Of a stretch of 64,000 bases of DNA, positions 38,242 through 52,929 are shown piece after piece. The notes beneath the pieces are model-generated. The model ran no database searches. It saw only the letters and a list, made by a program, of their open reading frames with translations, and was not told the DNA's origin. The first letter of the stretch is position 1. Each line of letters opens with the position of its first letter. Made by a program: the position numbers and the translations under genes. This stretch comes from Octopus vulgaris (Eukaryota): contig OX597818.1 of the NCBI GenBank assembly GCA_951406725.2, positions 107,570,001 through 107,634,000 on the forward strand, read 5' to 3'.

Positions 38242-38952
38242 TTAATGTCCGTTCTCCAAGCTGGCCTAGCTTGGACAGGTTGACAGAAGCTGCCCAACTG
38301 GAGAACTGCCTAGGCTCCTTTTGTCTGTTTCAGCATACCCCCATCTTTGAGCCACTCCATCTTCTCACAGCATCATCTGCTATAGTCATGTCTTCCTCAT
38401 CCCTAAACATCTCCCCCCACACTCTTATAGAACATTTATCTCCTGTCCCTTCTGTACTTCCTGTGTTCCCCCACCCCCTGCCATTCCCTGTAGATAAGCC
38501 CAAATACATCTCCAACACCATCTATTACTCCCCCTCTCTCTATCTGACTATGTCTCGATCTTTCTCACCAACTCTCTCTCTCTCTCTCTCTCACATCTTC
38601 CTTCTCCTTCCTCGTCCTACTCCTCACATGGTCATGTACCTCTTTCATAGTATGGCTGCTCTCTGTCCTCCTGTCATACTCTCACCTCTCCCCTGGCACA
38701 CGCCCACTTTCCTCAGTTCCACTCCCTCTCGCAGCAGAGAGGTCTTCATCTTGTATGATATTTAATAATCGCACTGGTGTTGGTGCCATGCGAAAAGCAC
38801 CCGGTGCCACTCTGTCAAGTGGTTGGTGTTAGGAAGGGCATCCAGCCATAGAAAGCAAGCTGAAACAGACAAATGGAATCTGGTGTGGCGCCTGGTCTTG
38901 CCAGTTCCTGTCAGACTGTTCAAGCCATACCAGCATGGAAGATTCATGTTAA

Positions 38953-39002
<50 letters not shown>

Positions 39003-39738
39003 CATGATCATGATGATGTTGATGATGATGGTGATGATGATGATGATAGTGATGGTAGTGATGATGATGAGGATGATGATGGTGGTGGTGGTGGTGGTGG
39101 TGGTGGTGGTGGTAGTGGTGGTGGTGGTTGTGGTGGTGGTGTTGGTGATGGTGGTGGTGATGTCGATGGTGATAATGATGATAACATATGTATGTAGAAT
39201 GTACATCAGCCACAGAGGCGGTATTAACTCCAAGAGTTAATATTCATCCCCGTTTAAACATGGATGTTTGGTTAGAACAAATTTTATTGCAGAAGACACC
39301 ACGAGAGAAATTCTCTGATACTGGCTTTTGGCACAAAATACATGTTTGTTTACATCGCTAGCAAGGAGATAAAAACATGTGTGCCTTTCGCGCCAAAAGC
39401 CTATATAAGTGTTTCTCCCATGGCATCTGCAGCAGTAAAGTTTGTTTTAGTAACACATCCATGTTTGAATGAGAATAGATATCATCTCTCTATATGTAGG
39501 TTTTTATCAGTCTCCTTATCATTATTATCACCATCATCATCATTGCTTTAACATTGCCTTGCTTGCATGGAGCAGAGGAAATTTGTCAAATCAGATTTTC
39601 TGCAGCTCTTCTTGTCGCCAAACTCACCTATTTCCAGGCAAAATAAATTTTACCCGCCTCATCCTCTGAATATGAACACTTCACAAACTGAACATGCTGT
39701 CATGGAAAGGTGTTAATAAACATACACACACATATGAA

Positions 39739-40070
39739 TCATCATCATCATCATCATCATCATCGTTTAACGTCCGTTCTCCATGCTAGCATGGGTTGGA
39801 CGGTTTGACCGGGGATCTGGGAAGCCAGAAGGCCGCACCCGGCTCCGGTCTTATCTGGCAATGTTTCTACAGCTGGATGCCCTTCCTAACGCCAACCACT
39901 CCGTGAGTGTAGTGGGTGCTTTTTACGTGCCACCTGCACTGGAGCCAGGCGAGGCTGGCATCGGCCACAGTCGGATTGGTGCATTTTACGTGCCACCTCC
40001 ACGGAAGCCAGTTGAGGCGGCACTGGCTTCGGCCACGATTCGGATGGTGCTTTTTATGTGCCACCGATAC
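39739..40070 (-). mobile_element. Young SINE family C copy
   Basis: (CAT)n-CGTTTAACGTCCG..CTACAGCTGGATGCCCTTCCTAACGCCAACCACTCC plus three TTTTA.GTGCCACC units. Other copies at ~16720, ~38770, ~40565, ~42785, ~48035, ~58810 and ~59888. Confidence 0.85.
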
Positions 40071-40078
40071 GGTAATGA

Positions 40079-40349
40079 CTCCATGTGGTGATCTAACCTG
40101 GACCACAAGATTTCAACCAATCAAATCATTTGCTCCCTTTTACTGCATATATAAATTTTGACAAATTTTGACATATATATATATATAGGTGCAGGAGTGG
40201 CTGTGTGGTAAGTAGCTTGCTAACCAACAACATGGTTCCAGGTTCAGTTCTATTGCATGGTACCTTGTGCAAGTGTCTTCTACTATAGCCTCAGGCTGAC
40301 CAAAGCCTTGTGAGTGGATTTGGTAGATGGAAACTGAAAGAAGCCTGTC

Positions 40350-40396
<47 letters not shown>

Positions 40397-41536
40397 TATA
40401 TGTATATGTATGTGTGTGTTTGTGTGTGTGTGTTTGTGTGCCCTTGTTTGTCCCCGTCCGTCGCTGGTGTGTTTATGTCTCTGTAACTTAGTGGCTCACC
40501 AAAAGAGACTGATGGAATAAGTACTAGGCGTGCAGGACTGAACAACAGAAGATGTAATTTTACCCTCGTGCCAGTGGCACATAAAAAGCACCATCGGAAC
40601 ATGGCCAATGCCAGTACTCCACTGATGGCTTCTGTGCCGGTGGCATGTAAAAAGTACCCACTACACTCTCGGAGTGGTTGGCATTAGGAAGGACATCTAG
40701 TTGTAGAAACCTCTGCCAGATCAGATTGGAGCCTGGTGCAGCCACTGGCTCTGCAGACCTCAGTCAAACCATCCAACCCATGCCAGCATGGAAAGCAGAC
40801 GTTAAACGATGATGATGACGATGATGATGATGATGATTTACACAAGAAGATCTGTATTCCACAGCAGAAATATTAAGCTCCCCCTCCCCCCAATGAAGAA
40901 GACTGACCTACCAATTATATTAAAGGTTTATCTCTTTGTGGGCAAAATTGTGGGATGGAATTCTCTCCTCTCTGCCAGTCTGTGTGTCTATGTGAACTAC
41001 CGTCTGTGTTTGCATGTATATTAGTGTGTGTTTGTGTCTATATGTGACACTGAGTCTGTAAATACTGATGTTATTTTCTTTTTCTGTGAGTGTGAATGCA
41101 ATGTTTGAATTGGGAGTGGTCCCTTCTTTGCCAATTGTATGTTTGTGCATGTGTCTTACTCTTTGTGGATGCGAAAGTGATAGTGTAGATATCTATGCTT
41201 CTGGGAGCACACACGAGCCGCCAATAGGTTTGTATGCAATGAGGGTGCATAAACATACTACATAATCAAATTATAGAAACTGGTCTTAGTTTCTTATGTG
41301 AAAAATAGGGTAAAATAAATAAAACTGTCATCAAAGAAAGAAATAGTTTCTGTCTCCGTTCTTTGCTCCTAAGTTAACTGCTTCTTTGAAAGAATTAGTT
41401 TTTGAATAAAATAATCTGCACTGTAAACTATTCACTGTCGTTAATCTCATTTGTCAAAATTTATATATGCAGTAAAAGGGAGCAAATGATTTGATTGGTT
41501 GAAATCTTGTGGTCCAGGTTAGATCACCACATGGAG
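40079..41536. repeat. Perfect 88-bp inverted repeat (40079-40166 / 41449-41536)
   Basis: CTCCATGTGGTGATCTAACC..TATATAAATTTTGACAAAT and its exact reverse complement. Confidence 0.92.
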
Positions 41537-41629
41537 CCATTTCACAATCAACATGATAACAGAAGGAAATTGGAACAGAACAGAAATAATTTCAAAGAAT
41601 ATTATTTTATATAAATACATTGGCATATA

Positions 41630-42236
<607 letters not shown>

Positions 42237-43867
42237 AGGGTAAAATCTACAATGCTGAGGTAGAAAAGCAAACATGGAGCATGTTAGTTTGACACTCAGG
42301 AAATATATATATATATATATATATATATACATGCATACATGTTTATGTATAGAGTTGAGGTGTGTCCTGTTAAGAATGTGTAAGAGTTCAAACAGAGCTC
42401 GTTCACCCTTAGAGTTCCCAAATAGCCGGTAGTATTCTTAAGGTATGCTACCAATTCTAGTCTTAGGTATTCCTCGTGTGTGAAAATAAAAAGTAAAAAG
42501 TAAAAAGAGTCAAAGGAAAGTGTACGGTTAGGGTCAGCTTTAAATCCCGTAGATATGAGGATCTGTATGTATTGAAATATTTGTAGCTCAAGAACTCTAC
42601 ACATTGCTTAGTCTAGGAATTGAAACCGTTGTCTTACCAACATGCTTCTACACAATGACAATTGGGTATGTATCTCCAACCATTGTCTTGGATCATTGAT
42701 CCAATGCAATGGTCGAAGATACATACCCAAGGTACCATTCAATGGAACGGAACCTGGAATCTCTTAGTTGGGAAACAACCTTCGTCATCATCATCATCAT
42801 CATCATCATCATCGTCGTTGTCGTTTAACGTCTGCTTTCCATGCTAGCATGGGTTAGACGATTTGACTGAGGACTGGCGAACCAGATGGCTGCACTAGAC
42901 TCCAATCTGATCTGGCAGTGTTTCTACAGCTGGATGCCCTTCCTAACGCCAACCACTCTGAGAGTGTAGTGGGTGCTTTTACATGTCACCGGCACGGGAG
43001 CCAGTCAGGTGGTACTGGCAATGGCCACATTCAAATGGTGCTTTTTATGTGCCACCTGCACAGGAGCCAGTCCAGCGGCACTGGCAATGACCTCGCTCGA
43101 ATGTTTTTTTCATGTGCCACCAACTCTATTGTTGATAGTATTACTGACCTGTATTTTTTTTTAACTTCATAGCGTTTGCATTTTCTCAGATGAGTTGTAA
43201 TGTTTTATAAAAGTAATAAAATTGATTCAATTATTTATATATTATTGTAAAAGCAAATGTCAGTTGTTGCAAGTGTTTCTGAAAAATGTGTTTGACTTTA
43301 TCACACCATATGAGATAGTAAAAAAAATTATTCCCATCATTAATCACTCTTTAAATTAAATAAATCACTAATTGCAGCAGTAACAATTCAACACCAAAAT
43401 TCAAACCCTATTCTTCCAATGATTCACTGAAGAATGCAATAAAAATCTCCCACAATTGCATTAAGCAATTTATGGCATCAAAAATGTCAGCAGAAATATT
43501 CAAAGCAAAGGCCAACCGTTTCGGAGAAAGATGAACAAAAATAGGCAAAAGTTACGGTGCAAGTGATAATTTGTGGGTCAAAGAGTCAAACAGTTGAAGT
43601 GCTGGTAACGAAGCGTTTTAGTTGCACAGAAGTGACATTTTATTTCAGAACTTGTTCTGTTTAATCTGTAGTATTTCTTTCTGTGATCTTTGAAATGGTA
43701 GCCCATGAATTGTGAGGACCAGTAGTATAATGTGATGACTGTGGCATAATGTGTTCAACTTAAATGAATTATCAATAATCGATAAACAATAATCAATAAG
43801 AAGTAAATGCTACCCCAATAAAAAAAAAACCAATAATAAGAAACATCAACAATAATGGCAATATTAA

Positions 43868-43901
<34 letters not shown>

Positions 43902-44576
43902 GGTGGTGGTGGTGGTGGTGGTGATGATGAGATAAGGCTTTTTTTTTTTTATTATCATGAGGTTGGTGGATGAGGGGACATTACAGGGATAGGTTACACT
44001 ATAAAAGAATAACGAAAGTAACAGTAATAATAAAGCTAATAAATAAGTAGTAGCACAAGAAGGGCAATAAAAACAACAACAACAACAACAGTAGCAGCAG
44101 CAGCAGCAGCAGTAGCAGCGGTGGCAGCAGCAGCAGCAATACTGCTTGACTGCCTGTAATAACAAGTGAACTGAACAAGGCAATTATTGCTGTGTTCACT
44201 TTAAACTTGCCATAGTCTTTGTTCTTCCTTTGATAGATTTATTGATTTGACCTCATTCTTGTTGTTTCCTTAAAGACTGTCAAACGATTGAAAATCTTTG
44301 AGACATTGGTATGAAATTGTAATGAAGTAAATCCATTAGAGAGTAATCTGAGATTCGGAAGTAAGTAATACTGTTCATAAAACAAATTTGTTTTGAGAGA
44401 TGGTGAAAGAGGGATGTTGGCAAGGCTATTCTTACTCTTTTCCATAAAAGTTTTATAAAGATGCCAATTAGTTAACAAATATTAGGAGACACTTACAGAG
44501 GTGCTATCAGGTATGAGGCACGGCCTTTGCTGCTAAGTTAGAGATATATGCATAACAAGTACACAAAGAAGACGTA

Positions 44577-44689
44577 GAAGAAGAAGAAGAAGAAGAAGAA
44601 GAAGAAGAAGAAGAAGAAGAAGAAGAAGAAGAAGAAGAAGAAGAAGAAGAAGAAGAAGAAGAAGAAGAAGAAGAAGAAGAAGAAGAAGA
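44577..44689. repeat. (GAA)n microsatellite
   Basis: Direct inspection. Confidence 0.95.
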
Positions 44690-44962
44690 CATTGTGATCT
44701 GAAATTCATCTTAATTTCTAGGTGCTTAGTTCAAAGTTGATTTTGTAGGAGAAATAAAAGTACATCTTATGGAAACATAATCCACAGGTATTTAGAGTCA
44801 TTGTTGTCATCATCATCATCAGCAGCAGCAGTAGAATCAGAAGTAGCAGCAGCATTTAACATCCATGTTCCATACTGGCAAGAGATGAACATTTTTTACA
44901 TTATTTAGATTATTTACATTATTTACATTTGACTGATATTTGTCCTCATCTTGTTTGTTGTT

Positions 44963-45008
44963 AACACAACGTTTCAGCTGATATACCCTCCAGCCTTCAT
45001 CAGATGCC
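44963..45008 (-). ncRNA. Minimal Penelope-type hammerhead motif
   Basis: GGCAU CUGAUGA A GGCUG-gaggguauau-CAGCU GAAAC GUU GUGUU. Core is intact, helix III region AACGUU is palindromic, stem I is G-U rich. Confidence 0.65.
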
Positions 45009-45055
45009 TTGGGAAAATTTTGAACCTGGGTTCTCATTCCTGAGGTATTTTTCGA

Positions 45056-45120
<65 letters not shown>

Positions 45121-45123
<3 letters not shown>

Positions 45124-45190
45124 GGTGTAGTGGTTAAGATCACAGGCTATTAACCCCAAGAATCTGAGTTCAATTCCAGGCAGTGACCTG
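45121..45190 (+). promoter_or_regulatory. tRNA-like Pol III head (A box and B box)
   Basis: TGGTGTAGTGG at 45123-45133 and GAGTTCAATTCC at 45166-45177 with tRNA-like spacing; not a complete cloverleaf. Confidence 0.6.
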
Positions 45191-45221
45191 AATAATAATA
45201 ATAATGATAATAATAATAATG

Positions 45222-45302
<81 letters not shown>

Positions 45303-45348
45303 TCGAAAAATACCTTAGGAATGTGAACCAGGTTCAAAATTTCCCCAA

Positions 45349-45394
45349 GCCACCTAATGAAGGCTGGAGGGTATATTAGCTGAAGCGTTGTGTT
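45349..45394 (+). ncRNA. Mutated hammerhead copy
   Basis: GCCAC CUAAUGA A GGCUG..UAGCU GAAGC GUU GUGUU; G5>A and A15.1>G changes predict inactivity. Confidence 0.5.
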
Positions 45395-47857
45395 AACAAC
45401 AAACAAGATGAGGACAAATATCCATCGAATGTAAATAATGTAAACAATGTACATAATAACTCATCTCTTAAATATAGAATTACATGAGATGAACAGTCTT
45501 CGCAGGGACTAGATGCTTGTTTTTCTCCATGCAGCTTAAAAGACTATGAACCCAGAGTGGCAGCTTTATGCTGGGAGGTATGAGAGGTAGAAGAGATGTG
45601 GCCAGAGCAGAAGAGGTCTGTTGCTGTAGCAGAGTTACATAACAATTGATATCTTAGAAGAAAAAACTGGAAAGAGATAAAAAATATTGGTGGTGAGGTG
45701 TCAGAGTGAATCCTCAAAATATATGACGAAGAGAAATGAGTGGGAGAGAAGGACCAGCAGTGTAGGTAGGGGAGTTTCTAAAGATTGGGTAGAATTGAAG
45801 GGGAGAGATGTAGTGAATGGTGGATAACCAGAGTACATATAAGTTAGGGAAGATGGGGAGAGTAGGAGATAAAGGACAATGTGGAGCAGCAGAATATTAA
45901 TGATAATGTAGTAGACAGGAGAAAAACGAGAGAGTTGATATATGGTTGGGTAGGTTGGGAAATTGGAGGGGGCAGGGATATGAAAGAGAGATAGTGGTGG
46001 TGGAGGAGGAAAGATAATGTGAAAGTACAGAAGGTGATAAGGGTTGTCAATAAAGATGTGGGTGGGAAATAGTATGATATAATGGTGTAATGCAACTGGC
46101 TAAACAGGGAAATAAAAAGAAGAGTCAACAGAATGAAGAATTTTGTCCTCAGAATCTTCTGATGAGATGAAATTGTCAAGTAAAAGAATTGTTAATTTAG
46201 AAATATTCTTGGTAGACTTGATTCTAAACATACTTTACTCCACCTTTAGCTTCAAGGGAGGATGTGAGGCAAAGTTTATTGTGATGAATTAGTATAGAGA
46301 ATAATATTATTGTGTTGTTGTTGTTGTTGTTCAAATATTTCTGTGCACTTTTCAAATGTCTGAAGCATCGAGACATATGAACAGCTCTCATATCTATCAT
46401 CAGAACGAGTGCTTTCAGCCAAGTAGAAACAATCTTACAAATGCCCTAAACATTCTATTGTATCTCCACCATTTATAATGCATTGCTTGCACTTCTAAAC
46501 AGCCATTTTGCTCTTAGTATATTTTCATATTCCTCTCGTCTGGCTTCTTTTTCTGCACCTCTCTCTCTCTCCCTCCCTCTCTCTCCCCGCCTCTATCTCA
46601 CTTTCTCTCACCATTCTCTCTACGCTTTGAGATAACTGAAATGGAACCAACTTACAAATGGACAGCATTTGTTTCTATTGCCAAATAAGTGTTTTTAGAT
46701 AAGTATAAATCAACTATTGTTCATAAGCCATACACTTTATGTTGTTTCTTGTCTGTAATGTAATACTTCCAGACAAAATTTCTTATTGCCTGTCTCTGCT
46801 GGTTCTACACAAAAATTGATAGCCTCCATTATTAAGTGCTGCACTTCCACTCACCATTTTTCTGGAGAGTGACATATTCCTTTTCCCTTGATATGAAAGT
46901 TATGAATAATCTAGAAACATACTGCAGACCCTATCAGGCAGTAAATGTCTCAGTGGTCAGTGTGCTGTAGACTGGGTTTTCAGCATCCAGATTGTATCAA
47001 TCTTTTATCTGTAGATCAGAAGATTTTCGTTGTCCATTTTATGAAAGGAAAACAAAATTCCAGCAGTGTGGGAGAGCTATAAGTCATCAAAGACAACATT
47101 CAACGACAATAGATGCAGCTTTGAGATTATGAAGAGGAAAATAAAATCTTGACTTGAGTAATTCTGGAATGTCTTCGTGTATTTATTACAGACACAAATT
47201 GATCAATGAGCGTCCTTAAAGAGCTTATTTCATGGACAAAAGCTAACAGTAAGAATCAAATGTTTAATCTTTGTATTCTAGTCAATAGCTCTGTATCATA
47301 AAGAGATAAGTTCTCTGTGAAACTGAGCCTTCAAAATGATTCCTAGATGCCGCCATATCACATAACTTGAGTATCACATCACCTTAATGACATTGAGAAG
47401 TGCTTCAGTGTTATTATGCCAATTGTACTTTCTTCAGTTCATTACTTCTAGGTTTCACTCTCATGTCTTGAAATCTTTACAAGTGTTTACAGGTTTCTGT
47501 TTATGCAAATGTTCTTCATTAAAAAAAAAAGGTTAGAATTGCTAAAAAGACTTTTTATAGATAAATATAATCAAGGAAAGTTTAATGCTTCTGTGTAATC
47601 CAATAGAGAATTGAGCTTTATGAATAAACTCAATATTTGGGGAAAACACCAAAATTTTTATAATCTTGCTATTGTTTTACAAATCTAGCTTTCTTTGTGT
47701 GTTATTCTTGATACGGATGACAGCTAAGATGAGATCATCTCAATACTATTAATGTATGATGAAACTGAGCACAGATTATCAAATCTTGAAAAGATATACT
47801 GTTAGTCCATTGGTTTACTTGTAATGGTAAGAATTTATATTTTGGTGAGGGATTATA

Positions 47858-48368
47858 GGTGCAGGTGTGGCTATGTGGTAAGTAGCTTGCTTACCAGCTA
47901 CATGGTTCTGAGTTCAGTCCTACTGCATGGCACCTTGGGTAAGTGTCTTCTACTATAGCCTCGGGCTGACCAAAGCCTTGTGAGTGAATTTGTTTGATGG
48001 AAACTGAAAGAAGCCTGTTGTATTTGTAATTGTGAGCCCCATGCCGGTAGCACATAAAAACCACCATCTGAACATGGCTGATGCCAGTGCCGCTTTTGCT
48101 GGATTCTGTGCCAGTGCCACGTAAAAAGCACCATCCAATCGTAATTGATACCAGCTCCTCTGGCCCCTGTGCTGGTGGCACGTAAAAAGCACCCACTACA
48201 CTCTCAGAGTGGTTGGCATTAGGAAAGGCATCCAGATGTAGAAACTTTGCCAGATCAGATTGAGGCCTGGTGCAGCTTCCTGGCTTCCCAGACCCCAGTC
48301 GAACCATCCAACCCATGCCAGCATGGAAAACAGACGTTAAACGATGATGATGAGGATGTATGTATGTA

Positions 48369-48417
<49 letters not shown>

Positions 48418-48570
48418 ATGTGTCTGTGTTTGTGTGTCTGTGTTTGTCCCCGTAACATCGCTTGACAAATTACAGAGAATAAGTTATGGGCTCGATTTGT
48501 TTGACTGAAGACGGTGCCCCAGCATGGCTGCAGTCAATTGACTGAAAGAAATAACAGAATAAAAGAATAT
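47858..48570 (+). mobile_element. SINE family B with a family C SINE (~48035-48352) nested inside
   Basis: B head ~47858-48020, then C body ending in GATGATG, then (TG)n and the B tail. Confidence 0.75.
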
Positions 48571-50249
48571 ATGTTGATCTATGATTTGGGTGATGGGATA
48601 TTTCACAGAAGAAACATTTTTTAAGGTGCTGTGGCTATGGTGTCATAGTAGAAATAATTTCTGTCCCCTGCTCAATACTTTGTTTACCTCTTCATTTGCC
48701 AACCTTTCAAACCCCTAAACACATGTTCCTTCTTATCACTCATGCCTCTTGAACTCCTTTGGTCATCATTGGATCCTTCTCTACTCTTCTCACTCTTGCT
48801 GTAATATTCTACCAATGTGATAAAGGATAGAAGAGGATCTCTTTACTTTTCTCTTCAGGGCTTCCAGGATAACTAGCAGAGGATGGCATCGAATGTAGCA
48901 GATCCTTTCTGCAAAAGTCCACCCATCTCTCTTATAATCTCTATTATCCTAGCCCTTTACTATCTTAGGGTATAAACTTAAGGGACCTCATCAGACCTTT
49001 CTGTACCCAGTACATGCTACCTGTACTCCTTGACTAGTTGATACCAACACTCATCTTTTATTCTTACCATTCATCCACTTCTTGCTATCCAATCATTCTC
49101 TCACCGTTTCCTTTCAAGTGCCGGTTAAAATGCACATAGCAGAACTTTGTTAGTGTTGGATGCGAAAGACTCTTTAATCCTGTCGAAGATGTAGCAACTT
49201 CTGAATGTTGATGCCACGGAAAACCCAGGGTGCTCTGTAAGGTGGTTAGTTTGAGGAAAAACATCCGACCAAAGAAACCAAGCTGAAATTTACAAGTGAG
49301 AAATGGTCCCTTACCTCATCTAGTAGAACAGCAAAGTCTCATCCAACCCATGCCAGCACAGAAAGAAGACATAAAGTTACAGCAATGATGTTGATGAATA
49401 TGATGTTGATAATTTACACACATTCACATGCACATATATGTGTGTACGTGTCTATCTACATGCATGTGTGTGTGTGTGTGTTAGTATATTTAATATAGTC
49501 ACATACATTCCCACACTTATATATATTGTTTTTTCCCCTTCCTTTCTAGCCACTTGTATTTCTCTATATTTGTCTCTATATACACAGCGTCACATCTGTC
49601 ACTTTATTTGTCCACTAATATATAGACATATTTAACTATCTATTAGCTCGTCCATCTATATATCATTTCCACATATATAATTTCCCTATACATCAGATAC
49701 AGTCTCTCAAATGATATTTATTTATATGCTAAACACATGTCACTGATATATCACTCACTGATGCATACATTTCCTAAATTACTCCCTGTTGTATATATTT
49801 GGTAGAAGCACTCATTTAGATATTCTTTTATTATGCAATTTCCTTCCATATTCCGTTGCCTTATTAGTCACCGTTTCCCATCTCTACCATGTGATTCTGA
49901 GTGAGACGCCTTTGAATTAACAAGTGTCACTAGAAATGATTCTAGTAGACAGTTGCAAACTAATGGCATCTGACAATATCTCATTCTAAATAGTAGGTAG
50001 AAGAGCTTTAGTTAATTTTTGCTGTTTTTTTTTTTCTTTTTTTCTTTTTATTTATTTCTTTATATGTGTTCTGTGTTTTTGTGGCAGGAATTTCAGATAT
50101 ATATTATTTAGAAAGACCTATATATAGTTTTGAATTTCAGCTAGGGAGCTATTTGGGAAGTGAACCATTCCAAAATACTTTTTGTCATTCATTGATCAAT
50201 ATTTCAGCAGATGTGAGACTATTTCTAACCACTCTAAAATGAATCATGT

Positions 50250-50335
50250 CACCATCATCATCACCACCACCACCACCACCATCACCACCACCACCACCAC
50301 CACCACCACCATCATCGTCATCATCGTCATCATTG

Positions 50336-50377
<42 letters not shown>

Positions 50378-50470
50378 CCACCACCACCACCACCGTCATC
50401 ATCACCACCACCACCACCACCGTCACCACCACCACCGTCACCACCACCACCACCATCATCGTCATCATCG

Positions 50471-50506
<36 letters not shown>

Positions 50507-50672
50507 CCACCACCACCACCATCGTCATCATCACCACCACCACCACCATCGTCATCATCATCATCGTTATCATCATCATCATCGTTATCATCATCGTCAT
50601 CATCATCATCATCATCATTGTCATCATCATCATCATCATCATCATCATCACCACCATCTTCCCCATCATCAT
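50250..50672. repeat. (CAC)n/(CAT)n compound microsatellite
   Basis: Direct inspection. Confidence 0.95.
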
Positions 50673-52929
50673 CTTCCGACCATCATGTAATGTCTGTTTC
50701 TGTGTTGGCATGAGTTGCACAAAAACCTGTCTCTCACCACTTGTAGCCGTCCGTCATCATTTAATATACACAACATCAGAGAAAACAATGTTTATTTCTT
50801 ATTCTCTATACTACAAGCTATTGGTCTTTTTAAAAGCTCTCTTTCTTCTCTTCTTTTGTTTTGGTTCCATGTCTTTTACTACCATCATCTACTTCAGCAA
50901 CTAAAATATAAGGAAAGAGGTCAATAGTAAGTTCCAAATGATAACCCAACAGAGTTTTATTTAAGGTCTTTCCCAGCCCCTTAAAAATAAATAAAGTAAA
51001 GACCAACCCATTGGTTCTGCTTTCAAATTCTCTTCTGTTAACGGTTTTCAATCTATTTTATTATTGCAATTTTTCAATGGCTTGTTCTTCATATTTTCAT
51101 ATTTCAGAACTTTTCAGAACATATTTTTTCCATCAAGGATTAAAAATGTAACATAAATAGAATGGGAATTGATATCTTTTACATTAGTAACCTAATAATA
51201 TATCGACTCAGCAACACTTATTGTAGACCAATAAAATTTATATTTAGAATGGAAGGATATTGAGCAAGAAAAGAGAAACAATGGGGAAATCTATTCTTTG
51301 TAAAGATTAAAAGATGTTCTTTCTTTGAGCTGTGTGTTTTCTTAAATTAAAGCTGGCTTTACTGAGAAAAAGCAATAAGACTTACTTCCAAAAGACTGAA
51401 GGAAACTAAATTGTAATAAAGCATTCAGACCATTAGGATCATCATCATCACCATCACCATCATCATCATCATCATCATCATCATCATTGTCGTCGTTGTC
51501 TACATCATCATCATCACCACACATTCATCATCATCATCACCAAAGTAAGTCTTTTGTTTCAATGTTCTTCTGTGAAATAAAGCAAATGTGTTCAAGATCC
51601 ACACAGACAGACATTGACCTTTTCTTTCACAGCAAAACACAGAAACAAGAGAATTGTCTTCATGTATTCATTGTTACCATAATCTATAAAAGACGTTGAT
51701 ACCATAGAAGTACAACTTCACCCACCAACAGAAAGATTTCATCAATTTCCATGACTTTTCTCGCCCTTATTTAATCCAATTCGATGGCTATTTTACAAAA
51801 TAATTTTGACAGAATTTGGACAGAATCTTCAATTGAGTTCGTCAACAAATTGGTTCCACCATGTAGTATTGTGTTTCGTTAGTCCTACAACCATGTTTAC
51901 TTAAACATAGCAGCAAACAATTTTAAGTGTTTTCTTTTGGCCCCTTTTGTTTGTGTCAGAAAGCTTTTGTTGAAGTCTGTATTTTAATAGAAAAAAACCC
52001 AAAACAATACAGGCCAATGTAGGCCATTGTTTCTTATAAACCAGGAGAGACTGTAGCAGTGTCAGCCGACATCATGTTGGCTATCTTGCCTACATGTTCT
52101 CTCTACGGCCCTCTTATTACAGATATGGCAAAAAGGCCCCAGCACATGTTAGTCATGTCCGAGGTGGGTGCTGAAAAATTCTTGAAGTATTTCGCTAATT
52201 TTCCCCCTTGAACACTTACATGTCCATTCTTGTAAATACGACCAAAACCATGTTCAGACATTATATAATGGAATTGTTATTAGATTTATTAAACGTTTTA
52301 ATGTCTTAGTTTGGAATATTTTATTTTGTTTTGATCTGTGATTATCTCTTTAATCTTCTTAACAGAAATAAAAGACTGTTGATATATTTCTTCATTAGTC
52401 TCATTTAATTCAAGAAACCATCTTATAATTCTCAGTCTTTTTATTGATTGTAACTTTTCAATTGTGTTTAGAAGTAACTTTGAGTAAATACGATTTATTA
52501 TTAAAAAAAAACTCATATTATTTCTTATATTAGAATTTTATTCATTCTCATAGTTTTCTGGTTAAACCTTGCCCTGGTTTATGTCAAACATTGCTGCCTG
52601 CACTGTACCCAAGCAAAATTCATGATGATTCCTGGGAATATTGGTTTCAAATTTTGGCACAAGGCCAGCAATTTCAGGGGAGAAAGTAAATCACTTCTGC
52701 TGAACTTGTACTTATTTCATCTAAAAGGATGAAGTCGACTTTGGTGGATTTTTAATTTGGAATGCAAAAACATGAAATTCCTCTAAGCATTTTGCCCAGG
52801 AAACTAATAATTCTGCCTGCTCACTGCCTTTTTACCAATAATGATAACAACAATAATAATGATGATGATGATAATAATAATAATAAGAAGAAGAAGAAGA
52901 ATATAATAATAATATAATAATAATAATAA

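Larger units (their letters stand above)
44895..45457. mobile_element. Inverted pair of HHR-bearing pLTR-like units around a tRNA-like head
   Basis: The left arm (~44895-45120, with (TTA)n) is the reverse complement of the right arm (~45191-45457, with (TAA)n): CATCGAAAAATACCT..AGGCTGGAGGGTATAT..GATGAGGACAAATAT. Confidence 0.85.

Noticed and set aside
45121-45190. Functional tRNA gene
   Set aside because: A and B boxes are present but the acceptor and anticodon stems are not convincing; treated as a SINE-type head.
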